Source: Myxococcota bacterium
GTDB lineage: Bacteria; Myxococcota_A; UBA9160; UBA6930
Direction of reading: 5' to 3'
Assembly: GCA_028277885.1 (NCBI GenBank)
Contig: JANQFK010000022.1
Span: 69,909-133,908 of the forward strand
DNA length: 64,000 nucleotides
A program made the position numbers and the translations under genes. Positions 51,268 through 61,440 of the stretch are shown one piece after another. Under the pieces are notes generated by a model that was given only the letters and a program-made list of their open reading frames with translations, was not told the origin of the DNA and did not search any database. The first letter of the stretch is position 1. Each line of letters starts with the position of its first letter.

Positions 51268-51311
51268 GCCAGCGGCCCGCCGCCGCCCTGGCGGCGGCCG
51301 CCGCGTCCGGG

Positions 51312-52811
51312 GTGGGGACCGCCCTCGCGTTCCCCACGCTGGGCTGGTCCGTGCTGGCCTGGGTGGGGCTGGTGCCGTGGCTGGTGGCCCTCGAGGGCGG
51401 CGGAGCGCGGCGCGCCCTCGGTGTGTGCGTCGCGTGGAGCCTGTGCTTCTGGATCGTGATGTGGGACTGGGGGCCCTCGGCGGTGGCCGGCTACTTCGAG
51501 CAGTCCGTCGCGGTGGGGGTCGGGTTCCTCCTGGCGACCTGGGGGCTGCTGCTGCTGCCCTGGGTGGCGGGCTACGCGGGGGTCCACCGGGCCCTGGCGC
51601 GCCGCTTCGACGCGGCGCTGCCGCTGCTCTCGGCGGCGGCCTGGGTGGGCTGGGACCTCGCGCGGGTGCGGCTCTTCACCGGGAGCGATCTCCTGATCGG
51701 CAATCCCTGGGGCGTGCTCGGCTACAGCCAGGTGGACTGGATCCTCGGCATCCAGGTGGCGTCGCTCGCCGGCGTCTACGGCATCGACGCGGCGCTGCTC
51801 GCCTGCAACGTGGCGCTGGCGCGGCTGCTGCGGCCCGGCTCGGGGGGGCCGCGGCGCCGCCTCGCGCTGGCGGCGTCGGGCCTGGCGCCCCTGGGCGTCC
51901 TGGTCGCGTGGGGCGCCTGGAGCCTCGGCCAGGACCCCGCCGAGGAGCGCGCTCCCGTCGCCGTCGCCGTGGTGCAGGGCAACCTCGCGGGCTCGAGCCG
52001 CTGGCGCAGCGATCTCTACGGACGCAACCTCGACACCTACCTCACGCTCACCCACGCGGCCGCGGCGGAAGGCCGGGTCGACATCGTGTTCTGGCCCGAG
52101 GCGGCGATGACGTTCTTCGTCGACGAGGAGCGCGGCTACCGCGTCGCGATCGCCCGGGCGCTGGCCGGTGCCGAGCTCGTCGCCGGGAGCCCGCGGCGCT
52201 CGCGCGCGAGCCCGCCGCGCCACTTCAACAGCGTGTTCCGCATCACTCCCGACGGCGAGGTCGCGGGCGTCTACGACAAGCAGCTGCTGCTGCCCTTCGC
52301 GGAGTTCACGCCCCTGGGCCGGCTCGACCTGGTGCGGCGGGACTTCGGCGGCATCCGGGAGTTCCGGCCCGGCGGCCGCGCGGCGCCGGTCCCCACCCGG
52401 GCCGGGCCGGCGGGCATCCTGGTCTGCAACGAGGTGATGTTCCCCGGGCTCGCGCGCCGGCAGGTCGCGGCCGGCGCGCGCTACCTGGTGAACCCCGCGA
52501 ACGACGGCTGGGTCGGCGACCGCCAGTACTCCGAGCAGATGTTCCAGATCGCGCGGCTGCGCGCCGTCGAGCAGGGACGCTGGCTGGTGCGGCCCTCGAC
52601 GGCGGGCCCCTCGGCGATCGTGGACGACCGGGGGCGGGTGCGCGGGCGTCTCGAGCCCTTCACCCGCGATACCCTGCTGGGCGCCCTCGAGCCTCGCGAG
52701 CGCACCACCGTCTACGCCCGCGTGGGCGACGCCTTCGCCTGGGCCTGCGTGGCGGTCAGCGGCGGGGCCTTGGCGTGGGCGCGCCGGGGCCGGCGTGATC
52801 CCGGCCCGTGA
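51312..52811 (+). CDS. lnt: Apolipoprotein N-acyltransferase; true start probably upstream and non-canonical
   Basis: The nitrilase-fold triad context is present (FWPEAAM, YDKQLLLPFAEF, ILVCNEVMF), with an N-terminal multi-TM domain. The first GTG is at 51312, but Lnt-like sequence continues back to CTG 51264. Confidence 0.85.
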   Translation: MGTALAFPTLGWSVLAWVGLVPWLVALEGGGARRALGVCVAWSLCFWIVMWDWGPSAVAGYFEQSVAVGVGFLLATWGLLLLPWVAGYAGVHRALARRFDAALPLLSAAAWVGWDLARVRLFTGSDLLIGNPWGVLGYSQVDWILGIQVASLAGVYGIDAALLACNVALARLLRPGSGGPRRRLALAASGLAPLGVLVAWGAWSLGQDPAEERAPVAVAVVQGNLAGSSRWRSDLYGRNLDTYLTLTHAAAAEGRVDIVFWPEAAMTFFVDEERGYRVAIARALAGAELVAGSPRRSRASPPRHFNSVFRITPDGEVAGVYDKQLLLPFAEFTPLGRLDLVRRDFGGIREFRPGGRAAPVPTRAGPAGILVCNEVMFPGLARRQVAAGARYLVNPANDGWVGDRQYSEQMFQIARLRAVEQGRWLVRPSTAGPSAIVDDRGRVRGRLEPFTRDTLLGALEPRERTTVYARVGDAFAWACVAVSGGALAWARRGRRDPGP

Positions 52812-52842
52812 GCACCCGGGCGCCCGCTGCGACGAGGGCTCC

Positions 52843-52861
52843 GACCACCGTCCCGGTGGTC
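52843..52861. terminator. Hairpin between convergent lnt and the small membrane protein gene
   Basis: GACCACCG - TCC - CGGTGGTC: an 8-bp stem and 3-nt loop in the 64-bp convergent gap. There is no clear U-tract. Confidence 0.35.
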
Positions 52862-52875
52862 AGGTTCGCGCCCAT

Positions 52876-53190
52876 TCAGCCGAAGCCGCAGCCCGGCGTC
52901 GCCAGGGCCACGAAGGTGACGGGCGCGATGGTGAGGAAGCCCACGGCCGGCCCGCGCAGCCACCAGCGGGCCGGCCAGACGCTGATGCCGACGAAGGCGC
53001 CGATCAGGAGCCGCGCGCTGTAGTAGGCCCACACCGCGACGTCGCCGCGCAGGTAGAGGACGCTGAACTTGGCGGGGATCGGGCCGTGGAGGAGCCACGG
53101 CAGCCAGCCGAGCACCAGGCCCAGGAGTGCGCAGACGAGGGGGTAGGGGACGTCGGCCAGGGGCGGCCGGCGTCCGGGCGCCTCGCTCAT
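52876..53190 (-). CDS. Small hydrophobic membrane protein (104 aa), coupled to the upstream oxidoreductase
   Basis: ATG at 53190 overlaps the upstream stop (ATGA). Three predicted TM helices: LVCALLGLVLGWLPWLL, VWAYYSARLLIGAFVGISVW and VGFLTIAPVTFVALA. Confidence 0.55.
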   Translation of the reverse strand: MSEAPGRRPPLADVPYPLVCALLGLVLGWLPWLLHGPIPAKFSVLYLRGDVAVWAYYSARLLIGAFVGISVWPARWWLRGPAVGFLTIAPVTFVALATPGCGFG

Positions 53191-54311
53191 GCGTCCGTGC
53201 CGGCCCACTCGTCGAGGCGCTCCATGGTGTCGGCGTACTCCTTCACCAGCTCCTCGACGACGCTGCGCACCGACTTCACGTGGTTCATGGAGCCCACGAT
53301 CTGCCCGACGAAGTAGTTGCTGAGCTGCTCCGCGCCCGGCGACTTGTGGGCCGAGCGCGCGATGCGGGCCTGGGCCTCGCGCACCAGTCGAGGCTGGAGC
53401 GGCATGGGGAGGGGGTCCGGGTTGTCGGGGTCCTCCCAGGCCTCGGTCCAGGCGCTGCGCAGCTGCCGGGCCGGCTTGCCCGTGAGCGAGCGGCTGCGCA
53501 CGGTGTCGCTCGAGGTCGCCTCGAGGAACTTCTGCTTCACCACGGGATGGGTCTCGGCCTCCTCGGTGGTGAGCCACACCGACCCCGTCCACACCCCCTG
53601 GGCGCCCAGGGCCAGGGCGGCGGTCACCTGCCGGCCGTTCCCGATGCCGCCCGCCGCGAGCACCGGCACCGGCGCCACGGCGTCCACCACCTCCGGCACG
53701 AGCACCAGGGTGGAGACCAGCCCCGTGTGGCCGCCCGCCTCGGTGCCCTGGGCGACCACGATGTCGACGCCGGCCTCGACGTGGCGCCGGGCGTGCTCGA
53801 CGGTGCCCGCCAGGGCCGCCACCTTCACGCCGCGCTCGCGGCCGGCCTCGATCATCCACGGGGGCGGCGGGCCGAGGGCACTCGCGATCAGCCGGATGGG
53901 GTGGTCGAGCACGAGCTCGATCACGTCGCGCTGCTGCTCGTAGCCGACGCTGAACTCCGGGGCGAGCTTCACGTCCGGCGGGAGCGGCGGGACCCCGTGC
54001 TCCTCGAGCAGGCGATCCAGGAACCGGCGGTGCTCCTCGGGGATCCGGGCGTCGAGCTCCTCCGCCCCGAAGCCACCCCGGTCGCTGCCCGCGAAGCGCG
54101 CGGGGAGCAGCAGGTCCACGCCGTAGGGCTTGTCGCCGATCTCGCTCTCGATCCACTCGAGCTCCATGCGCAGGTTCGCGAGGGAGTGCCCGGCCACGCC
54201 GAGCACGCCGAGGCCACCGGCCTTCGAGACCGCCGCCGCGACGTCCCGGCAGTGGGTGAACGCGAAGATCGGGAACTCGAGCCCGAGCTCCTCGGCGAGG
54301 GGCGTCTGCAT
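53187..54311 (-). CDS. Nitronate monooxygenase / NAD(P)H-dependent flavin oxidoreductase (NMO family)
   Basis: ATG at 54311 follows AGGAGG. Motifs are MQTPLAEELGLEFPIFAFTH, VAQGTEAGGHTG and AAGGIGNGRQ. Confidence 0.85.
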   Translation of the reverse strand: MQTPLAEELGLEFPIFAFTHCRDVAAAVSKAGGLGVLGVAGHSLANLRMELEWIESEIGDKPYGVDLLLPARFAGSDRGGFGAEELDARIPEEHRRFLDRLLEEHGVPPLPPDVKLAPEFSVGYEQQRDVIELVLDHPIRLIASALGPPPPWMIEAGRERGVKVAALAGTVEHARRHVEAGVDIVVAQGTEAGGHTGLVSTLVLVPEVVDAVAPVPVLAAGGIGNGRQVTAALALGAQGVWTGSVWLTTEEAETHPVVKQKFLEATSSDTVRSRSLTGKPARQLRSAWTEAWEDPDNPDPLPMPLQPRLVREAQARIARSAHKSPGAEQLSNYFVGQIVGSMNHVKSVRSVVEELVKEYADTMERLDEWAGTDA

Positions 54312-54374
54312 GAGGGCCTCCTGTCGACCGTCGCCATGGTAGCGGCGGGCCCGTGGTAGGGTGTCGCCCCGGAG

Positions 54375-54884
54375 ATGGCTGGAAGAGCGACGGGACGGAC
54401 GCGACGAGCCCGGATCGCGGTGGGGGCCGGCCTCGCCGCCGCCCTGGCGGCTGCGGCGGGACTGCTGGCCGGCCGCCTGGACGGGCCCTGGGGCATGCTC
54501 CCGGGCGGGCGCTTCCGGGCCGCGGACCAGCCCTGCCCGGCGGCGAGCGCCTGGGCGCCCTGGGCCGGCGTCCCCGAGCTCCAGCTCGAGGTGCGACCGA
54601 CGCGTCCGCGCTCGCTCACCACCTGGGGCCTGGTCCACGAGGGCGGCCTCTACGTGCCGGCGGACTTCCTCACGCCCTGGAAGCGCTGGCCCCACCAGGT
54701 GCTCGCCGACGACCGCGTCCGCGTGCGGGTCGAGGGCGACGTGTTCGCCTGCCGGGCGCGGCAGGTCGCCGACGCCGCGCGCATCGAGGCGCTGCGCCGG
54801 GGCACGGCCGAGAAGTACGGCCTCGCGCCCGACGGACGCGCGGCGCGCACGGAGGTGTGGTGGTTCCGGATCCTGCCCCGGTGA
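54375..54884 (+). CDS. Hypothetical membrane-anchored protein
   Basis: 169-aa ORF with an N-terminal anchor (IAVGAGLAAALAAAAGLLAG) and GC3-rich codons. No recognised family. Confidence 0.5.
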   Translation: MAGRATGRTRRARIAVGAGLAAALAAAAGLLAGRLDGPWGMLPGGRFRAADQPCPAASAWAPWAGVPELQLEVRPTRPRSLTTWGLVHEGGLYVPADFLTPWKRWPHQVLADDRVRVRVEGDVFACRARQVADAARIEALRRGTAEKYGLAPDGRAARTEVWWFRILPR

Positions 54885-55453
54885 GCGGACCCGGCCTGGC
54901 GAGCGTCCCCAACGCGCTCAGCCTCTTCCGGCTGGCGAGCGTGCCCGTGCTGCTGGGGCTGGGCTGGCGCGGCGCCACGGCGGCTTTCCTGGTCCTGTTC
55001 GCCCTGGGCCTGCTCTCGGACGTCCTCGACGGCGTGCTGGCGAGGCGTCTCGGACAGGAGTCGGCGCTCGGCGCGCGGCTCGACCAGTGGGCCGACTTCG
55101 CCCTCTGGGTCAGCTTCCCGATCGGGGCCTGGTGGCTCTGGCCCGAGCTCGTGCGTCGCGAGGCCGTCTACGTCGGGATCGCGCTGGTCTGCCTGCTGCT
55201 CCCCACCGCGATCGCCTGGGCGAAGTACCGCGAGGTGCCGGGCTACCACACCTGGTCGGCCAAGCTCGGCGCCGTGGGGATGGGGATCGCGGTGCCCCTG
55301 CTGCTGCTCTTCGACGTGGCCGGACCCTTTCGCGCCTTCGCGCTGTTCCAGGTCTGGTGCGCGGTGGACGAGCTCGGCATCACGCTCCTCTCCCCGGAGT
55401 GCCGCCACGACGTTCCGTCGGTCTTCCACGCCGCGAGATCCCGGGACCGCTAG
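54881..55453 (+). CDS. CDP-alcohol phosphatidyltransferase family protein
   Basis: GTG at 54881 overlaps the upstream stop (GTGA). The complete motif DG-x2-AR-x8-G-x3-D-x3-D is present (LDGVLARRLGQESALGARLDQWAD). Confidence 0.8.
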   Translation: MSGPGLASVPNALSLFRLASVPVLLGLGWRGATAAFLVLFALGLLSDVLDGVLARRLGQESALGARLDQWADFALWVSFPIGAWWLWPELVRREAVYVGIALVCLLLPTAIAWAKYREVPGYHTWSAKLGAVGMGIAVPLLLLFDVAGPFRAFALFQVWCAVDELGITLLSPECRHDVPSVFHAARSRDR

Positions 55454-55514
55454 GCGCCGCGCCCGGCTCGGCGGCCCCCGGTCCACCGGGGAGCGCCCGT
55501 GGTAGCATGGCGCC

Positions 55515-56150
55515 ATGGGCTCCCGGGCCGGTGCCGTCCTGCTCGCCGCGGCCCTGCTGAGCGCAGCCACGGGCATGCGCTGCGGGGGAGGGGGCCCCAC
55601 GGTTCGCATCGACGTCCCCCTGGACCCCGCCCTCCTGGCCGGCGGTGCCACCGCGCTGAGCGCCGTCACGGGCGCCGGCTTCCAGACCGCCTCGATCACC
55701 GTCGAGCTGGACGGCGTCGATCTGGTGGCGGCGCTCGGGCTCGTTCCGCCCTTCAGCGGGCAGGGGGGAGCGGTGCTGCTGCCCGGCGGCCCCGCCACGG
55801 TGGCGGACTTCGCGATCCAGCAGGGCTCGCCGGCCTCGCTGAACCGGATCGACGCCGACGTCGCGGGCCTGGCCGCGGGGCCCCACACCCTGGTGGTGAC
55901 GGCGCTGAACGCCCAGAGCGTGCTCGCCTCGGACCAGGCGGACTTCGAGGTGGTGGAGGCGTTCGGGCAGGCCGCGGCCGCGCTCTCCTCCGCACCCGCA
56001 CCGCCGAGCTTCTTCCCCCTGACGCCGATCCCGGTCGCCAACGCCTCCCTGGGCGAGGCCGCGGCCTCCCCGCCGATCGGCACCGCCGCCGGCGACACCG
56101 TGCGCTCGGGCTTCGTGGAAGCGGCCGAGCAGCGGATCGGAGGTCCCTGA
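55515..56150 (+). CDS. Hypothetical secreted protein
   Basis: Signal peptide MGSRAGAVLLAAALLSAATG. 211 aa, Ala/Gly/Pro-rich. No recognised family. Confidence 0.5.
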   Translation: MGSRAGAVLLAAALLSAATGMRCGGGGPTVRIDVPLDPALLAGGATALSAVTGAGFQTASITVELDGVDLVAALGLVPPFSGQGGAVLLPGGPATVADFAIQQGSPASLNRIDADVAGLAAGPHTLVVTALNAQSVLASDQADFEVVEAFGQAAAALSSAPAPPSFFPLTPIPVANASLGEAAASPPIGTAAGDTVRSGFVEAAEQRIGGP

Positions 56151-56151
56151 C

Positions 56152-58173
56152 GTGCGGCTCCGTTCCCTCGCGACGCTCGCGAGCCTCGCGCTGCTGGGCG
56201 CGCCCGCTTCCGTCCCGGCCGCTCCGCCGGACGTGCCCGCGCGCATCCACTACCAGGGCGTGCTGCTCGACGGCGGGGGCGCGCCCCGCACCGGCTTCGT
56301 CGACCTCAGCGTGCGCATCTTCGACGCCCTCACGGGCGGCACGCTCCTCTACAAGCAGGAGTTCCCGGGCACCGCGCTCGCCGACGGGACCTTCACCCTG
56401 GCGATCGGCCCCAGCGGGGCGGCCAGCGACCTGCCCACGGACCCCCTCACCACGGACCTGGCGACGGTCTTTGCCGGCGACCTGCTGGCGGCGCCGGACC
56501 GCTTCCTGGAGCTCTCCGTGGACCTCGATCCGGCCCTGGTGCGCATCCAGATCCTCACCGCGCCCTTCGCGCTGCGCGCCGGGAGTGCGCTCCACGCCGA
56601 GAGCGCCGACGTGGCGCTGGACACCGGCGCCGTGAACGGGGCGCCCCCGGAGCTGGTGAGCGAGATCTGGGAGCACCTGAACTTCGACGGTGGCCCTCCC
56701 AACCAGGACCCCCGCGAGGGGCTCGGGGACGTCGACGGCGACGGCATGCTGAACTTCATCGACGCCGACAACGACGACGACGGGCTCTCGGACACCGCCG
56801 AGGTGGCGCAGGGCACGGACATCAACCTCGTGACCCCCACGCTCTCCGCGGTGGATCCCGCCACCGCGGCCTTCGCCTTCCCGACCACGGTGAGCGTCTC
56901 GGGAACGAACTTCGAGGCGGGGATGAGCGTGAGCTTCGGGAGCCAGAGCCCGACGCCGACGAACGTGACGGCGACGAGCTTCGACGTCGTGGTCGGGCCC
57001 CAGGACCTCGGCCCGGTGACGGTCCAGGTGACGCGCCTGAACGGGGAGTCCGACTCGGCCGCCGGCCTGTTCAGCTTCGTGAACCCCCTGCCCCCGGTGG
57101 CCCACGGCCCCCACGCCGTGATCCAGCCCCGGCTCTCCACCTTCGCGGTGCGCGCCACCCGGCAGACCCTGATCGGACGCTCCCAGAAGGGCTACTCGGT
57201 CGACACCAGCCCGGGCGGTGGCGACGCGATCCCCGACCTCACCGGGGTCCCGGCCACCTACAGCGCCTACGCGGACTACGCCTTCGACGCGAGCGGGCGG
57301 GTGGTGGGCGTCGGCTGCCGCAAGGCCGCCACCCCCACCTGCGACGTGCGCTTGGTGCGGGACGCGGACGGGGACGACGCGGTGGATCCCGAGGATCCGG
57401 CCGAGCTCACCGACGTGGAGAGCTTCAGCGGCACGATCTCGGCGACGCTGCGGTCCGCGAGCCTCTCCCTCGACGCCGGGGACGAGCCGGTGCTCGCCTA
57501 CGCGCGGGGCGTCTTCTCGCCGGGCCTCGTGGTCGACGTGGTGGTGGCCCGCGACCGCAACGGCGACGGCGACTACGCGGACGCGAACGAGATCGTCCCC
57601 GTCGAGGGCGGTCTCGCCGACACCATGCTCGACGTGGCGTCGGACGCGGCCGGCAACCCCGCGCTGCTCTACCTGCGCAACCCGGCCGCTCCCGCGGGTC
57701 TCGTCCTGGGGCACGACCGCAGCGGCGACGGCGACTTCGACGACAGCCCGGGAGGCAATCCCGAGCTCCAGACCCTGGTGGCGGGCGGCGTCGACTGCTT
57801 CCAGGTCGCCTTCGACGCCTCGGACCGGCTCGGGGTGATCTACCAGGAGACCGGTGCGGGCGGCGCCATGCTGCTCCAGGACCTCGACGGCGACGGCGAC
57901 TTCGGCGATCCGGGGGAGACCACGGCGCTGCCCGGGACCGGCGTCACGGGCTGCGGGATCGTGGCGACGCCCCTCGGCGGGTTCGCGGTGGCGACCAACG
58001 CCGACGGCGACGTGACGGTCCTGACGGACCGCAACGCCGACGGGGACTTCGCCGACCCGTTGGAGACGGTGCCGCTCGGCGCCACCGCGACGGAGGTCGG
58101 CGTCGCGGCGAGCGCCGAGAGCGTGTTCGTCGCGACCGATACCGAGGTCTACGAGAACCCGATCGTCCCCTGA
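56152..58173 (+). CDS. Secreted repeat protein: N-terminal YQG-type beta domain, Ca-binding Asp-rich motif, IPT/TIG-like domain, DGDGDF (FG-GAP/VCBS-like) repeats
   Basis: GTG at 56152, 2 nt after the upstream stop, with a signal peptide. Motifs include DVDGDGMLNFIDADNDDDGLSD and SVSGTNFEAGMSVSFG, plus repeated D-x-(N/D)-GDGD(F/Y) motifs. Confidence 0.65.
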   Translation: MRLRSLATLASLALLGAPASVPAAPPDVPARIHYQGVLLDGGGAPRTGFVDLSVRIFDALTGGTLLYKQEFPGTALADGTFTLAIGPSGAASDLPTDPLTTDLATVFAGDLLAAPDRFLELSVDLDPALVRIQILTAPFALRAGSALHAESADVALDTGAVNGAPPELVSEIWEHLNFDGGPPNQDPREGLGDVDGDGMLNFIDADNDDDGLSDTAEVAQGTDINLVTPTLSAVDPATAAFAFPTTVSVSGTNFEAGMSVSFGSQSPTPTNVTATSFDVVVGPQDLGPVTVQVTRLNGESDSAAGLFSFVNPLPPVAHGPHAVIQPRLSTFAVRATRQTLIGRSQKGYSVDTSPGGGDAIPDLTGVPATYSAYADYAFDASGRVVGVGCRKAATPTCDVRLVRDADGDDAVDPEDPAELTDVESFSGTISATLRSASLSLDAGDEPVLAYARGVFSPGLVVDVVVARDRNGDGDYADANEIVPVEGGLADTMLDVASDAAGNPALLYLRNPAAPAGLVLGHDRSGDGDFDDSPGGNPELQTLVAGGVDCFQVAFDASDRLGVIYQETGAGGAMLLQDLDGDGDFGDPGETTALPGTGVTGCGIVATPLGGFAVATNADGDVTVLTDRNADGDFADPLETVPLGATATEVGVAASAESVFVATDTEVYENPIVP

Positions 58174-58182
58174 GCGCCGGGC

Positions 58183-58611
58183 CTACTCGTCGTAGTAGGC
58201 GTCGTAGGCGGCGTCGAGCGCCTCGCGCTCGGCGAGCGCCCGATCGTCCCGGTCGTTCGGGTAGGCGGCCCGCGCCGGGCCCGAGCCTCCGACGAAGACG
58301 AGCTCCCGCTCGCCGCGCAGGTGCGCCGGCGTCACCACGTAGTCGCCGCGCACCGCGGGGGCCAGCACCGTCTCGAATACCCCCGGATCCCCGCCCGAGA
58401 GCCCCCAGCCGATGCCGCCGAACACCAGCCCCGCGGTCGCGTAGGCGATCTTGAGGGGTGCGTAGACGACGCTCGAGAGCGCCGCTCCGATGCCCCAGCC
58501 CGCCTCGGCGGCGCTCTGGGCCCGGGCGGGCCGCGCGCCCAGGCTCGAGGTGAGCAGCACCGCCAGCAGGGCCGCGGTGGCGAGGGGCCGCGCGCGTCTC
58601 GCTCGGATCAT
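58183..58611 (-). CDS. Small secreted Gly-rich protein
   Basis: ATG at 58611 follows GGAGGAAGGAGG. Signal peptide is MIRARRARPLATAALLAVLLTSSLGARPARA. A glycine-zipper-like segment follows (GLVFGGIGWGLSGG). Confidence 0.55.
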   Translation of the reverse strand: MIRARRARPLATAALLAVLLTSSLGARPARAQSAAEAGWGIGAALSSVVYAPLKIAYATAGLVFGGIGWGLSGGDPGVFETVLAPAVRGDYVVTPAHLRGERELVFVGGSGPARAAYPNDRDDRALAEREALDAAYDAYYDE

Positions 58612-58746
58612 GGTCGAGCCTCCTTCCTCCACCCGGATGCGCGCTGTCGGACCCCCGGCCCCCACAGCGTGCGGCCAGCGACACCGCGCCGCCCTGGCGG
58701 GAGCTCCGGGATCCGGGGATCCTCCTCACCGGGCAGGAGGCTCGCC

Positions 58747-59136
58747 GTGACGGAGCGCCGCAGGTACCGCAAGAGGGACGAGGCCCGGGTCGCGGCGGTT
58801 CAGCTCGATCTCGACACCGACGGGTTCACCTACGAGAAGTGGGGAGCGACCCAGACCTGCAAGCCCCGGGACTGGCTGGTCGACAACGCCGGCGACGTCT
58901 ACCACGTCGACCGCGAGGTCTTCGAGCGCACCTACGAGCGCCAGCCCTCGGGGCTCTACAAGAAGACGGCTCCGGTGTGGGCCGAGCAGGCCGACCGGGC
59001 CGGCTGGGTCGAGACCCTCGACGGCCGGACCTGGTGCGAGGCGGGCGACTACGTGGTCTCCAACGATCCCGAGGGGAGGGACCGCTGGGCCGTGAAGGCG
59101 GAGAAGTTCGAGGAGACCTACGAGCCCCTCCCCTGA
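58747..59136 (+). CDS. Hypothetical cytoplasmic protein (129 aa)
   Basis: GTG at 58747 follows GGCAGGAGG. GC3-rich frame within track ORF 58321..59136. No confidently recognised family. Confidence 0.5.
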   Translation: MTERRRYRKRDEARVAAVQLDLDTDGFTYEKWGATQTCKPRDWLVDNAGDVYHVDREVFERTYERQPSGLYKKTAPVWAEQADRAGWVETLDGRTWCEAGDYVVSNDPEGRDRWAVKAEKFEETYEPLP

Positions 59137-59188
59137 GGCCGCGGGCCGGGCCCGGAGGGGGTCCGGAGCGGCGCTATGCTCCAGCGGC

Positions 59189-60661
<1,473 letters not shown>

Positions 60662-60689
60662 CGGGCGACCGAGCGTCGGCCCGCCGACG

Positions 60690-61316
60690 TCAGGTCCGGC
60701 TGCCGCTCCGGGCCCGCAAGCCCGCGACCCCCGCCAGCCCCAGCGCCAGCAGCCCGAGGGTGGCCGGCTCGGGAATCACCACGGCGCTCGAGAAGCTGAG
60801 CGGACCCGCCTTGCTGAACGGGAAGGCGACGGGGACCAGGCCGAGGTCGAACTTCGACAGGTCGAAGGTCGAGAACTCGACGACGCCGAGGGTCGAGACC
60901 GTCTTGTTGAGCTGCATCCAGAACGGGGCGCCGTCGGCCAGGGGCGCGCCGTTCAGCGCGAACTCGATGCCGGCGCTCTGCACCATCAGCGCGGAGTCGA
61001 TCACGACGGTGTTGATGAGGGTGAGGAAGTCGCTCGGGAAGGAGGTCGACGGGTTGAAGGTGATGTTGCCGATGTCGACGTTCCAGCCCAGCAGGTCCGC
61101 GTCGCCGAAGGTCGCGCCGCCGGTCGCGTCTCCGTCGAAGGTGAGCGAGCCGCTGACCTCGACGACGTTGCCCCAGCCGGGCAGCACGCAGTTGCACGGG
61201 GCCGTGAAGTTCACGGTGGTGAACGTCGCGGCGGAGGCGGGAATCGAGAGGAACAGCAATCCGAGCGCGGCGAGGGCCCCGAAGCGCAGGGCCGGAGAAA
61301 CAGAGGGCCTCAGCAT
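60690..61316 (-). CDS. PEP-CTERM sorting-signal protein (exosortase substrate)
   Basis: N-terminal signal peptide is GALAALGLLFLSIPASA. The C-terminus VIPEPATLGLLALGLAGVAGLRARS is the classic PEP motif followed by a TM helix and an Arg cluster. Confidence 0.8.
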   Translation of the reverse strand: MLRPSVSPALRFGALAALGLLFLSIPASAATFTTVNFTAPCNCVLPGWGNVVEVSGSLTFDGDATGGATFGDADLLGWNVDIGNITFNPSTSFPSDFLTLINTVVIDSALMVQSAGIEFALNGAPLADGAPFWMQLNKTVSTLGVVEFSTFDLSKFDLGLVPVAFPFSKAGPLSFSSAVVIPEPATLGLLALGLAGVAGLRARSGSRT

Positions 61317-61321
61317 GTCTA

Positions 61322-61347
61322 CCCCTTCCCGAGGGCATGGGAAGGGG
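61322..61347. repeat. Palindrome copy 1: CCCCTTCCC-N8-GGGAAGGGG (covers the SD of the PEP-CTERM gene)
   Basis: Perfect 9-bp inverted repeat. On the minus strand GGGAAGGGG lies 5 nt upstream of the ATG at 61316. Confidence 0.6.
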
Positions 61348-61378
61348 CGCCGGTGGCACGGCCGGTCGCGCGTCGGAT

Positions 61379-61407
61379 CCCCTTCCCAGAGGACGTGAGG
61401 GAAGTGG
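61379..61407. repeat. Palindrome copy 2: CCCCTTCCC-N11-GGGAAGTGG
   Basis: Same half-site sequence as copy 1, with one mismatch, 57 nt away. Confidence 0.55.
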
Positions 61408-61424
61408 GCGTTCGGGCCCGCAGG

Positions 61425-61440
61425 TGGCAGGCGGAATGCA
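61425..61440 (+). promoter_or_regulatory. Candidate sigma-54 (-24/-12) promoter TGGCAG-N6-ATGCA
   Basis: TGGCAGGCGGAATGCA compared with consensus TGGCACG-N4-TTGCA. GG (61426-27) and GC (61438-39) have the canonical 12-nt register. It lies about 150 nt upstream of the ATG at 61592. Confidence 0.4.
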
